From contig JASBSB010000001.1 of the NCBI GenBank assembly GCA_030149205.1, positions 210,001-242,000 on the forward strand: a stretch of DNA of 32,000 nucleotides. Direction: 5' to 3'. This document shows positions 16,771-26,122 of the stretch, piece by piece. The notes below the pieces were generated by a model that worked only from the letters and a program-made list of their open reading frames with translations, made no database searches and had not been told where the DNA came from. Source of the stretch: Candidatus Heimdallarchaeota archaeon (GTDB lineage: Archaea > Asgardarchaeota > Heimdallarchaeia > Heimdallarchaeales > Kariarchaeaceae). Both the position numbers and the translations under genes were made by a program. Every line of letters starts with the position of its first letter. The stretch's first letter is position 1.

Positions 16771-18579
16771 TTAATTAATATTATCTTTTAAGAACCAACT
16801 AGCACTTTGTAAACCTTTAGATTTTGATTTTTCTACAATAAATGTTTTTAATAAAATGAATAAAGAACTAAGGAAAAAGATTGTAGCTGAAAGATAAATT
16901 GAGTTATATAATACGTTTAACCTCAAATTTACCAAGGAAACCGCGAATAGCATGTTAATATTGTTTTGAATAAATTCACCCGATGCTCTCAGGTAGTTTC
17001 CTCTTGCAAAGTCAAGAGTTGCATTTAGTCTCCCGGCTTCAGCTTGATCCAACTCATTCCTATCAATAAAGAATAATTTCTTGTTTGCAAGGTTTGAACT
17101 ACTGGCTTGGTAGTAAATTTTGGAACTCATATTGTACGGTATTGCCCATCTTCTTGCCAGAATTTCTTTTTCGAGACCTGTGAACTTTGTGGCCCCAGTC
17201 AAACTTCCTTCAACATAATTTGTCATGGGTGATTGAATGAACCCCACAAATGAGTTAGATATCTCAGGTAAACCGAACATCCTCCCTAATTGATGAAGGA
17301 CTTCAGTATAAAGAAATCCTTTCGCCCTCAAACCAGATGATGTTGAAGACCATCGTGCATTATTCATGATTGAAAGCCCTACTATATCTGATTTGTAAGG
17401 GACCAATCCGGTGCTAGAGTTATAATAAAACTTAGTGAGAGGGTCAGACCCATAAATTAGGTTTAGAAAGAAGAACCCATTTGGAAAGTTGTTATAGACT
17501 GATTTGGAGTTACGAATTGCAAATTTAATATTTTCTGCGGTAAATGAATCTATTACTAAGTATGGTGAACTCCCATTCTTTATTACCTTTGATTCTAAAG
17601 AGGATCTTAAGAAAGAAGAATACGTTGGGAGCATAAAAGCTGATTGAACATCAATTTTCTTGGGATAAAAGTTTAAAAATGATTTGATTGTCTTAGGAAG
17701 AAGTAAAACCCCAGAATCTGCAAACATTGAAAAATAATTTTCTTTCGAACCAGTACTGCTATAGATTATATTAGCTATGTAAATATCACTTACCTTCGTG
17801 TAATCAATCAAACCATATGGTCGAGAATATGGCATTCCAATTATGGTTTTTTGAATGATCTGTTCAAGCTTTGACTTCATGAATTGATTACGAATGGTAC
17901 TGTTTGAACTCACTAAATTATAGGGTTTGCTGTTTTCCTTCGCCTGAAAATAAAACGGGGCAAACGCATTGATGTCATATCCAATTGATTTGTTTCCAGT
18001 AATAAACACATTTCGCATATCTGATTGTCCTAAAGACTCAGTGGAAGGATAATGATAAAACCAATATGTCTGATTTTTGAAGATGTCAGAACTTAGGTCT
18101 AAGATGTTTATTGTGTACGCATTTTGTTGGTCATATGCTGCAAAGAAATTTGGTAATTTATCAACTGAAACCCTTACACCATTCACAGGTGTCTGGCCAC
18201 TGTTGTTGAGGTAAAAATCTTGCCCAACTCTCAATTCTCTTTCTTTGCTTATAAATTCATTAAGGGGCTTTGTGTCCAAATTTTTTGTGATATAGTTAAT
18301 ATGATAGTTGAATTTAAAGCTGTTACCTATAATATTTTCAGTAAAGAGAAAAGTACCGTTATATCCTGGAAATTCTGTGGTTTGTGTAAACTGGTTGGGA
18401 AGCTGGCTGGCTTGGAGAGATAGACTTGTGGGTATCCCCCAAAATTGTAAAACTATATTCAACGTTAGAGTTGTTTGAAACAAAGGCTGTTGAGCCTCAA
18501 CATGCTGAATATGGGGTGTTTGAGGAGATGTGAGAGGAATAATAAAAATTAAGATCAAGAGTAATCCTAAAGACCGCAC
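16771..18579 (-). CDS. Secreted, C-terminally membrane-anchored protein with degenerate metzincin motif
   Basis: Signal peptide MRSLGLLLILIFIIPL, C-terminal TM helix LYNSIYLSATIFFLSSLFILL followed by a basic tail, and internal HQLGRMFGLPE...SPMTNY. Confidence 0.65.
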   Translation of the reverse strand: MRSLGLLLILIFIIPLTSPQTPHIQHVEAQQPLFQTTLTLNIVLQFWGIPTSLSLQASQLPNQFTQTTEFPGYNGTFLFTENIIGNSFKFNYHINYITKNLDTKPLNEFISKERELRVGQDFYLNNSGQTPVNGVRVSVDKLPNFFAAYDQQNAYTINILDLSSDIFKNQTYWFYHYPSTESLGQSDMRNVFITGNKSIGYDINAFAPFYFQAKENSKPYNLVSSNSTIRNQFMKSKLEQIIQKTIIGMPYSRPYGLIDYTKVSDIYIANIIYSSTGSKENYFSMFADSGVLLLPKTIKSFLNFYPKKIDVQSAFMLPTYSSFLRSSLESKVIKNGSSPYLVIDSFTAENIKFAIRNSKSVYNNFPNGFFFLNLIYGSDPLTKFYYNSSTGLVPYKSDIVGLSIMNNARWSSTSSGLRAKGFLYTEVLHQLGRMFGLPEISNSFVGFIQSPMTNYVEGSLTGATKFTGLEKEILARRWAIPYNMSSKIYYQASSSNLANKKLFFIDRNELDQAEAGRLNATLDFARGNYLRASGEFIQNNINMLFAVSLVNLRLNVLYNSIYLSATIFFLSSLFILLKTFIVEKSKSKGLQSASWFLKDNIN

Positions 18580-18641
18580 AACTGTTCAAAGGTTGTTAGG
18601 TTTTAATTGTATACTTTTAAAATGTGAACAAACGTTAATTC

Positions 18642-19337
18642 TTAGACGAGGTATTTTGAAGGGATCGCTGTGGTGGTCTCATAGTTGTATTTTTCTGCAA
18701 ATGCAACTTGACATTCCATCCCTCGCGATTTTCTTCTTGATTTCATTAATTCACTAACATTTTTCCAATTGAAGAAAGAACCATAGTACTCACCACATTC
18801 TAATGCTATGTTCATCGAATCTGTCACATCGATAAACTTAACAGGAAGAGAGGAGCTATCATCATAATAATAAAAAAGATAAATTGGTGATCGATGAGAA
18901 AAATTATTTTCCATAAGTTTTGGAATTCTTGCATATGAAATAGCATTTCTTAGAAGAGAGTTAGTATTTTTATGATCTGGGTGCTTTGCTTCAGACCCCC
19001 AAGTAATTATTACGTCAGGTTTGAGTCTTGCAATTAAGTTTGCAAGTTCAAGCGATGAATCTCTAGAATCAGAAATCTTTGAATCTCCCATATTTAGAAA
19101 TATTGGCTTTTGTGCGCCTAATATTTGAGACACATCCTCTGCTTGAGTCTTTCGAATATTAATGATTTCTTCCATACTCTGATCTTTAAACTTGGTTGTT
19201 AGTTCTCCATAAGTCAAGTAGATCAGATTTACTATGTCTCCCCTCATAGCATGGGCAGCCAACGTTCCTGCCATCCCAATTTCATCATCAGGATGTGGTA
19301 ATAAGGCAATTATTGATTTTGAAGCAGAACTCACCAT
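18642..19337 (-). CDS. PIG-L/LmbE family deacetylase (BshB1-like)
   Basis: ALLPHPDDEIGMAGTLA, LTYGE, IRKTQA and HPDH motifs. The substrate cannot be determined from the sequence. Confidence 0.88.
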   Translation of the reverse strand: MVSSASKSIIALLPHPDDEIGMAGTLAAHAMRGDIVNLIYLTYGELTTKFKDQSMEEIINIRKTQAEDVSQILGAQKPIFLNMGDSKISDSRDSSLELANLIARLKPDVIITWGSEAKHPDHKNTNSLLRNAISYARIPKLMENNFSHRSPIYLFYYYDDSSSLPVKFIDVTDSMNIALECGEYYGSFFNWKNVSELMKSRRKSRGMECQVAFAEKYNYETTTAIPSKYLV

Positions 19338-19435
19338 ATCAAATTTTATTTCAACTTTAATAATTTTCTCTTATTCCTAATTGTTTAATTGAATTATACA
19401 AATTTTAATAAGGGAATGAATTAAAGACTAATAAA

Positions 19436-20236
19436 ATGGAGAAATATCAGCTTAGAGGTTGGTTTACCTTTCAAATATCAGGAACAGATACTGTTGTGTT
19501 TTTAGACAATTTAATACCCTTAGATCTACAAAATCTTCCCCAAAACATCTTCTCTCCATCAATGTTTCTCAACCCTAAGGGTAAGATTAGATCAATTTTT
19601 TATCTAATCAAACTCAATTCTAACAAAATTCGGTTAATTACAACAGCTGAGTATAAAGCCAACCTAGTTGAGGATTTATTAAAGTACAACATTAATGTTG
19701 ATATCAAACTTGAGGATTTAACAGATGAGGTTGGAGTTCTTAATTGTCGACTGATCAGACAAAGTTCTGAGGAGATACATGATGAATATTTCCCAATAGT
19801 TCATTCGATGGAGGTATTTTTGGGTTGGGAAGAAAAAAGTGAAGCTGAAGTCAATTTTGACCTTTCTCTTTACCTTCTGAAGAAGAACAAGCCAGCAATC
19901 CGAAATTTACTCGATATTAATCCAATCGAAGCCGGATTTTCAGATGAAATTAATTTAGATAAAGGGTGTTTTCTAGGTCAAGAGCCATTAGCAAGAATGG
20001 TTAACAGGGGTAAACCTAGATACAAGAGATACACACTTATCACGAATACCTTAATGACAGTTCTAGATGAGAATCAAGGAGTCTTAATTTCAAAATATCA
20101 AATAACGAATGATGAGATCCTTCTTGATCTATTGTTGAAGGATAAAACTGTAAATTCTATGGAAGGGTCTGAATCATTCAAATTAGAGCTAGTTGGAACT
20201 TATCCTACTCTAAGAAGTGAAAAATTATTCCCATAA
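19436..20236 (+). CDS. ygfZ: YgfZ/IBA57-like folate-binding protein
   Basis: ISGTDTVVFLDNLI, FLNPKGKI and the family signature KGCFLGQE (K-G-C-Y/F-x-G-Q-E). Confidence 0.8.
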   Translation: MEKYQLRGWFTFQISGTDTVVFLDNLIPLDLQNLPQNIFSPSMFLNPKGKIRSIFYLIKLNSNKIRLITTAEYKANLVEDLLKYNINVDIKLEDLTDEVGVLNCRLIRQSSEEIHDEYFPIVHSMEVFLGWEEKSEAEVNFDLSLYLLKKNKPAIRNLLDINPIEAGFSDEINLDKGCFLGQEPLARMVNRGKPRYKRYTLITNTLMTVLDENQGVLISKYQITNDEILLDLLLKDKTVNSMEGSESFKLELVGTYPTLRSEKLFP

Positions 20237-20287
20237 TTAATAAAATTAATATGGCAAAAATTTGTGTGATAACTTATAATATGGAAA

Positions 20288-20656
20288 CTACAATACCTTA
20301 ATTCCTATATTTGAAAGAATTCCTACAAATAAAAACGCAAGTATGAAAAATAAAAGTGATATCCAGACCGATTTTTCAAAGGAATATTTTTTCTGATCCA
20401 ACAGGTAAACAAGGTAACTAGTAAAAACAAAGAGTAACATTGGGGTAATATTTGAGATCCCAGGAACTGAGGATATCGCTGAAACAATAAATTGAGACAA
20501 AAACATTACACCATAAACCAACAAAGCAAAAATAAATGATTTTCCTAGATTGTCAAAGTCAAACTGAACAGACTTTGAATTAATGAGTTTTCGCACAATC
20601 ATTGCGGAAATTGTAAGTACAACAATTAATAGAGCAACATAGAGAAGGTCTACCAT
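20288..20656 (-). CDS. Hypothetical 4-TM membrane protein
   Basis: Four hydrophobic segments in 122 aa. CTTTAAAA lies 22-29 nt upstream of the ATG. Confidence 0.7.
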   Translation of the reverse strand: MVDLLYVALLIVVLTISAMIVRKLINSKSVQFDFDNLGKSFIFALLVYGVMFLSQFIVSAISSVPGISNITPMLLFVFTSYLVYLLDQKKYSFEKSVWISLLFFILAFLFVGILSNIGIKVL

Positions 20657-20704
20657 AGTATTTACTTTTTATAGCTGTTTTAAAGCCTTATTGAGAACAT
20701 ATAA

Positions 20705-21166
20705 TTATTGTGTTATTATTTGATTAATTCCATATTCGGCTAACTTTTGAACATTATCAAATATATTTTTATTCTTTCTTAAATTATCAAGATCAAACCA
20801 TTTCAAATTTAATCCCTCTGGTGACGCTTCTAAATTTACATCGTTTATTTTTGCATAAAAAATCATATCCATATGGTTAGGATGACTTCCCCCTATAATT
20901 TCCTCAATAATAAAATGGGGCTTCTTAAGAACTTTCACCCGATCGTCATTCAACTTTATTGTTGAGACAGGATGGATAAATGTTGGATTCACATTACCAA
21001 TTTCTTCGTGGATTTCCCTTAAAGCTCCCTCCAGAGGTGTTTCATTTTGTTCGAGATGACCTCCTGGTGGGACCCATGCATTAAGCTTTTTATGCCAGAT
21101 AAACAAAGTGATCTTCTTTGTTGGATGTATAAGATAGGTGGTTACAGCGAAATGTCTTTCTGTCAA
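20705..21166 (-). CDS. Nudix hydrolase
   Basis: Complete Nudix box GHLEQNETPLEGALREIHEEIG (G-x5-E-x7-REUxEExG), plus HFAVTTY and HMDMIFYA. Confidence 0.92.
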   Translation of the reverse strand: MTERHFAVTTYLIHPTKKITLFIWHKKLNAWVPPGGHLEQNETPLEGALREIHEEIGNVNPTFIHPVSTIKLNDDRVKVLKKPHFIIEEIIGGSHPNHMDMIFYAKINDVNLEASPEGLNLKWFDLDNLRKNKNIFDNVQKLAEYGINQIITQ

Positions 21167-21179
21167 TAAAATCTATCCT

Positions 21180-21965
21180 TTAAGGTAATCCAAATAATTT
21201 TAACAAACCATAAGGGTTTCCAAAGATTAGAATGAATAATCCTTGGATTAATGTCAACAAAGATACAAAAAAGACGAAGTATCCCCATCCAATCATGAAG
21301 TGTAAGACATCCATTAACCCGTCAACCAAATAACCCAATAAGAATAGAAGAAATACCAGAGAACCCATAATTAATGCAAATCCTGCGACAATGAAAATAG
21401 GAATATCTTGAGTACCACCTAAATTGGATCGTTGAAACCAGACCATTATTAATACAACCATCGACAGAATGATTACAGCCCAACCTAAGATGTGGAGATA
21501 AGTATCTGTAACATGTTCAAAAAAGTAACTTATTGCAAATAGTATAATTAATAACACCCCCGCTCCAAGAACCACATATTCTACAGGGAAACCTATCCCA
21601 ATAGGGTTTTTGACTTTTAAAAACCAAGTCAAATAAACCAAAGCCATAAATAGCATTGTAACAAGTGTAAAACTCTTTGGACGCTTCTCTAAAGGTCTGG
21701 AGACCAGAGCGAACCCGTTTACCAACAAAAGAATTAAAGTATAGTTAACATAAGAATTTGATGTATCAACAAATTCTATCAATACAATTGGAAGAAAAAA
21801 TGTTAATATTCCAAAAATGAACGAAGTCCACCTTATTATTTCTAGTTCAATTTCTCTTTTGATAAATATCCTGTCTATTCCAAAAATTACACCAATTATA
21901 CCTGTTAATATCATAAAATACGGGTAGAATGTAATAATTATGTTACTTATAACAGTCGTTACCAT
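21180..21965 (-). CDS. Uncharacterised multi-pass membrane protein (paralogue A, with internal duplication)
   Basis: Colinear with 22048..22638 over aa 1-162 (GIDR 29-32, SRP 89-91, W114, P127, Y147, D154, GW161-162), with an extra 65-aa segment. Confidence 0.75.
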   Translation of the reverse strand: MVTTVISNIIITFYPYFMILTGIIGVIFGIDRIFIKREIELEIIRWTSFIFGILTFFLPIVLIEFVDTSNSYVNYTLILLLVNGFALVSRPLEKRPKSFTLVTMLFMALVYLTWFLKVKNPIGIGFPVEYVVLGAGVLLIILFAISYFFEHVTDTYLHILGWAVIILSMVVLIMVWFQRSNLGGTQDIPIFIVAGFALIMGSLVFLLFLLGYLVDGLMDVLHFMIGWGYFVFFVSLLTLIQGLFILIFGNPYGLLKLFGLP

Positions 21966-21988
21966 TGATTAAGTCAATAAAACAATGT

Positions 21989-21999
21989 TATTAACTTTT
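21989..21999 (-). promoter_or_regulatory. BRE/TATA AAAAGTTAATA of paralogue A
   Basis: Identical 11-mer, 23 nt upstream of the ATG, also found upstream of paralogue B (22662-22672). Confidence 0.6.
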
Positions 22000-22047
22000 A
22001 TCACTTAATATTAAAATTTTCAGAAGAATACTTTTTAAATCTTACAT

Positions 22048-22638
22048 TTAGCTGAACCCAAGATATGTGAGAAGTCCATAATGGTTCTTTAAGACAATGA
22101 TTGCCACCCCTTGAGCAAGTGTCAGTGCTGACACTAGACCGACAAACACACCCCAACCCATCATATAAAGAAAAACATCCATAATTTGTTCAAATGCGTA
22201 ACTCAAGAGAAACAGAACCAGAACGATACCACCGATAATGACTGCGACAAGTTCGATCGGTATATCACCTCCGATTCCTTTATTTGTTCTCAGATTCCAA
22301 ACCATATAGATAATCCCCATTGCAATTATAATTACAAAAGCAAAAGCTGCTGGAATCTTTTCGAATGGTCTGGAGTTCAAAGATAAGCCAGTTATCAACA
22401 TGAGGAGTATGGTGTAATTGGAATATACACCAGGTGTATCTATGTAATAGATCAGAAGAATAGGAACCGCAAGCATTAACAAACCACCGATAAATGATAA
22501 TGCTTGTAACACCTTATTTTCTTCCTCTCTTTTTTTCAATATACGATCTATACCTAGAAGGAACCCTAAGAGTCCCACTATTATCATTACATAGGTATAG
22601 TAATCCGCTATGTAGGTTACATATGTTGGAGTAGCCAT
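22048..22638 (-). CDS. Uncharacterised multi-pass membrane protein (paralogue B)
   Basis: About 6 TM segments; tandem paralogue of 21180..21965. Confidence 0.75.
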   Translation of the reverse strand: MATPTYVTYIADYYTYVMIIVGLLGFLLGIDRILKKREEENKVLQALSFIGGLLMLAVPILLIYYIDTPGVYSNYTILLMLITGLSLNSRPFEKIPAAFAFVIIIAMGIIYMVWNLRTNKGIGGDIPIELVAVIIGGIVLVLFLLSYAFEQIMDVFLYMMGWGVFVGLVSALTLAQGVAIIVLKNHYGLLTYLGFS

Positions 22639-22661
22639 ATGTATATCAAATAATTTGATGA

Positions 22662-22672
22662 TATTAACTTTT
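22662..22672 (-). promoter_or_regulatory. BRE/TATA AAAAGTTAATA of paralogue B
   Basis: Same 11-mer and same 23-nt spacing to the ATG as in paralogue A. Confidence 0.6.
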
Positions 22673-22791
22673 TCTCCAAAAAATTTAAAAATTCCCTCTT
22701 ATAGGTTGAATGTTCTCAATTGTTTGCTTTGAGTCATAAACGTGTTCCTATCACAATTACCAAATTAATTAGTTGGAAACACATAATTTAA

Positions 22792-23748
22792 GTGTGTTAT
22801 ACCAGAAGGAGTCTGTTGAACAAGCAGGTTTTAATTACTGGTAGCTCAGGGCAAATTAGCTCAGAACTTATCCCCGAGTTAACCGCAAGAGGATATTCAA
22901 TCATAGCAACTGATGTTAAACTTCCAAAAACAGAATTCGAGTATGAGGTTTTCGAAATCTTGGATGTAAGGCAAAAGAAGGAAATGGAAAGATTGGTATC
23001 TAAATATGACATTTCATTAATAATACATAATGCCTCAATTTTATCTGCTAAGGGGGAACAAGACCCGTCACTTGCCTTGGATGTTAACTTTGAGGGGACG
23101 AGAAATGTGTTAGAGGTAGCGAGAGATGCAGAAGTTGAAAAGGTTTTCTCACCCAGCTCGATTGCAGCCTTTGGACCTGAGACCCCAAAGGAAAACACAC
23201 CAAATGATGTAATTACAAGACCTAAAACTATCTACGGTATATCTAAAGTTTTTACTGAATTATTGGGAGAATACTTTTGGGGTAAATATCAATTAGATTT
23301 TAGATGTTTAAGATATCCGGGAATAATCACACCAAATTCTATCCCATCGGGTGGTACAACAGATTGGGCAATAGAAATGTTTTTTGAGGCACTAAATAAT
23401 GGAAACTATCGGTGTTTTGTTAATAAGGATACCCAATTGCCCATGATGTCAATGAGAGATTGTGTTCGGGGCACACTTGAATTCTTAGAGGTTGATTCTA
23501 AGAAATTGACACATAGAACATATAATGTGACAGGAATTAGTTTTACACCGGCTGAACTCTATAATGAAATAAAAACACATTTACCCAGTCTTAAGATTGA
23601 ATATCTTCCAGACTACAGACAGCAGATAGCAGATACTTGGCCTAAGTCAATCGATGATAACTTTGCCAGAAGAGACTGGGGATGGCAAAATTCAGATGAT
23701 TTAAAATCAATTACTAAATGGATGATTGATTCATTAAAGAGTAAGTAA
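22792..23748 (+). CDS. tdh: L-threonine 3-dehydrogenase, SDR / NAD-dependent epimerase type
   Basis: VLITGSSGQI, SSIAAFGP, RPKTIYGISK (YxxxK), DFRCLRYPGII, PSGGTTDWA and RQQIADTWPKSIDD..ARRDWGW, all characteristic of SDR-type TDH. The true start may be TTG 22816. Confidence 0.85.
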   Translation: MCYTRRSLLNKQVLITGSSGQISSELIPELTARGYSIIATDVKLPKTEFEYEVFEILDVRQKKEMERLVSKYDISLIIHNASILSAKGEQDPSLALDVNFEGTRNVLEVARDAEVEKVFSPSSIAAFGPETPKENTPNDVITRPKTIYGISKVFTELLGEYFWGKYQLDFRCLRYPGIITPNSIPSGGTTDWAIEMFFEALNNGNYRCFVNKDTQLPMMSMRDCVRGTLEFLEVDSKKLTHRTYNVTGISFTPAELYNEIKTHLPSLKIEYLPDYRQQIADTWPKSIDDNFARRDWGWQNSDDLKSITKWMIDSLKSK

Positions 23749-23784
23749 GACTAAGTATTCTTAAATTATAATGTATTTTTTCAT

Positions 23785-25959
23785 TTATCCTTGAGCAATA
23801 ACTTGTGCTTTACGAGAGTCATATCTTCCTGAACCAACAATTGTGTATTTTACATCAATTTCCGCATCTGGAGAAATTCCTTCAAATCTCCAAGACTTCA
23901 AGACCCCTTCCTCAGTTTCGGTTCTATCCTCATGAGTTGCCTGTGGGGTTTCATGTGTCTCTCCGTAGATGTCAAATCCAGTTGGAACTAAGTCTTTGAG
24001 TGTAAAGTTTACTGTCTTGTTGCCGAAATTTGTCCCATGTAAAACTATGTTGAAACCTTTCTGACCTTCGACTCTAGTCCATTGAACCTCTTTGGAAATA
24101 TCCATGGCAATTCTTTCATGAACCACTTCAATACCTTCAATTAGATCCATAGCCTCAGCAGTAACTTTTTGATCAGGGGCAGAGTAGATGAATCCCTCTG
24201 ATTTAACTGCACCTCTTAGTACGGGTGAATCCTTTTCTGGTCTTACAATATGAGTTGGATAACTAATTTCGAATACATCATCTTGCTTAAACCCATGCAC
24301 CAAATCATTGTTTTCAAGGTGTTCGAACTCTACAATTAAATCTCTTTTGGATGAAGTGTCTGTACTGTTTACTCCTGAACCACGAACTTCATATCCAGAA
24401 GAGAGGGTTTGTCCATTGTAATTAACAACCACTTCCTCAGATTTAGGTCCTTCAAATCCAGATGGTATCTCATCTGTAACTGTTACTGCTTCAAGTGGGT
24501 AAGTTCCAACTCCTGTTACTTTGATTACCGTTGGAATTTCAGTTCTAGTATAGGAAGGTACTTTGGTTACTTTATACTCCTTGGATACCGCCAAAGCCAT
24601 GAATTTTAAGTCTTCTTCAGGAACAACAATAGTAGAAGTAGACTCTAAATACATCTCGTGTTGTACTGAGAAATCTAAAAACTGACCGAAGGTAGGAGGA
24701 TCTCCTTCTGGATGATCATATGCGAACTCAAAAGCGAGTTTTTCAGTTGGTTGAATTTCTCTTTCCTGTTCAGTAGCTGTGGTGCCATCCCAATCTAGGA
24801 TAAGGTTTTGGTTACTGATGTCCCCCTCAAACACTTTCAATGTATTTAGGTTATAAGTAAATTCGGAAGTATTCTCTATGTGAACAACACAATCATAAAC
24901 TCCAGGTTCTTCTGACCTCTCAGCTCTTCGGATCCTATGCCTTAGGTTAGATACCCCATCGATACTTTTTGGACTTAATCCTGAGTACAATTTGGGTTCT
25001 TTATATTCAATTTTTAATTTTCCAGCTTTATAGATCTCAACACCTTCTGGGAGAGATCCATTCAAAATTATTTTGAGATTTACTGTATCACCTGGGTTGA
25101 GTTCTTCCAGTTTCAATGTGACTTCTGATCCACTTGTAGAGGCATCACCTTTTTCACATTCAGTATCTACAATTGTTGCATTTTGATTTACTGATTTACT
25201 TATTACTAAATTTTGAAGGCCTGATTCACTTGTATTTGTTATATTAATCTCATTTATGAAATCTACTTCACGACCACCTAGAAAGTTTGGTACAAGTGAA
25301 GACCCTTTTTCATAGTATTTTGAAGTAACTTCTATTGGACTTTCTTCAGTTTCAAACTCATATTCTGAGCTCCATGACTCTTTTGGACCTAAGTCTTCCA
25401 CCTGCATTTTTTGTTCAAGAGCTGTATTCCCTTCTGATACATTTACAGCCCCTATATTATCGAGTTCTAAGTCAATACCATAAATACCATCCCGTGAACC
25501 GTCATTGCTTACAGTTAATTTCCCTTTGGCTTTAGATTTTTCTACGAGCTTTCCATTGCTATCTAAGGTGAATTCTGAGGTTTCATGAACAATAACATTT
25601 AATCCCTTCCCCTCAAATTCTTTATCTAGCTTTTCTTCCTCTTCAGCACTAAGGCTTGTTTCGTAGTCAAATTCTCCAGGTTGAAGAGATGTATCACCTA
25701 TTGTCTTGTCAAACCCTGTCCCAGATGTTCCTCCATGTGTAGAAACAGCAGCAACTGGTGCTGGTTTTGCACTCAAATTTCGGAGACTTTTTTCAGATTC
25801 CCTTCTAACACCTCTATCTGAGTCTTTCGTAAGTTTCTCTAAAGCCGATATTGCCTCAGGGTAGCTTTCAGGAAGATCTCCCAATTCCTGTGCAGCCTGT
25901 TTACGTTCTTTTTTATTATCTGAATTTGCCATATTCAGTAAACTTTGCAGATCTACCAT
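23785..25959 (-). CDS. HEAT repeat + putative mu-homology domain (adaptin medium chain / delta-COP-like) + Ig-like repeat protein
   Basis: aa 3-62 form a HEAT pair (ERKQAAQELG...DSDRGVRRESEKSL). aa 119-335 show an MHD-like strand pattern. aa 455-712 hold two DUF11-like Ig domains (TDEIPSGF, KDLVPTGF). Acidic, with no signal peptide or TM helix. Confidence 0.6.
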   Translation of the reverse strand: MVDLQSLLNMANSDNKKERKQAAQELGDLPESYPEAISALEKLTKDSDRGVRRESEKSLRNLSAKPAPVAAVSTHGGTSGTGFDKTIGDTSLQPGEFDYETSLSAEEEEKLDKEFEGKGLNVIVHETSEFTLDSNGKLVEKSKAKGKLTVSNDGSRDGIYGIDLELDNIGAVNVSEGNTALEQKMQVEDLGPKESWSSEYEFETEESPIEVTSKYYEKGSSLVPNFLGGREVDFINEINITNTSESGLQNLVISKSVNQNATIVDTECEKGDASTSGSEVTLKLEELNPGDTVNLKIILNGSLPEGVEIYKAGKLKIEYKEPKLYSGLSPKSIDGVSNLRHRIRRAERSEEPGVYDCVVHIENTSEFTYNLNTLKVFEGDISNQNLILDWDGTTATEQEREIQPTEKLAFEFAYDHPEGDPPTFGQFLDFSVQHEMYLESTSTIVVPEEDLKFMALAVSKEYKVTKVPSYTRTEIPTVIKVTGVGTYPLEAVTVTDEIPSGFEGPKSEEVVVNYNGQTLSSGYEVRGSGVNSTDTSSKRDLIVEFEHLENNDLVHGFKQDDVFEISYPTHIVRPEKDSPVLRGAVKSEGFIYSAPDQKVTAEAMDLIEGIEVVHERIAMDISKEVQWTRVEGQKGFNIVLHGTNFGNKTVNFTLKDLVPTGFDIYGETHETPQATHEDRTETEEGVLKSWRFEGISPDAEIDVKYTIVGSGRYDSRKAQVIAQG

Positions 25960-26122
25960 ATCAATCTGAATAAATACAATTTTTAGAAATTATAACCTTT
26001 TGTAATATAAAATAGCGTATTGTCTCCTTCTTCGTGTGTGATTGTTACTTCGAATTTGTGACTTTCTTTATATGAAATAAGGAAAATTTATCTAGAAGAT
26101 ATTGATTGAAAATCAATAATAA

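Noticed and set aside
22645-22659. ATCAAA-TAA-TTTGAT palindrome before paralogue B, and ATTGA-n5-TCAAT (21964-21978) before paralogue A
   Set aside because: The two paralogue promoters do not share the same palindrome or orientation, and the arms are short and AT-rich.
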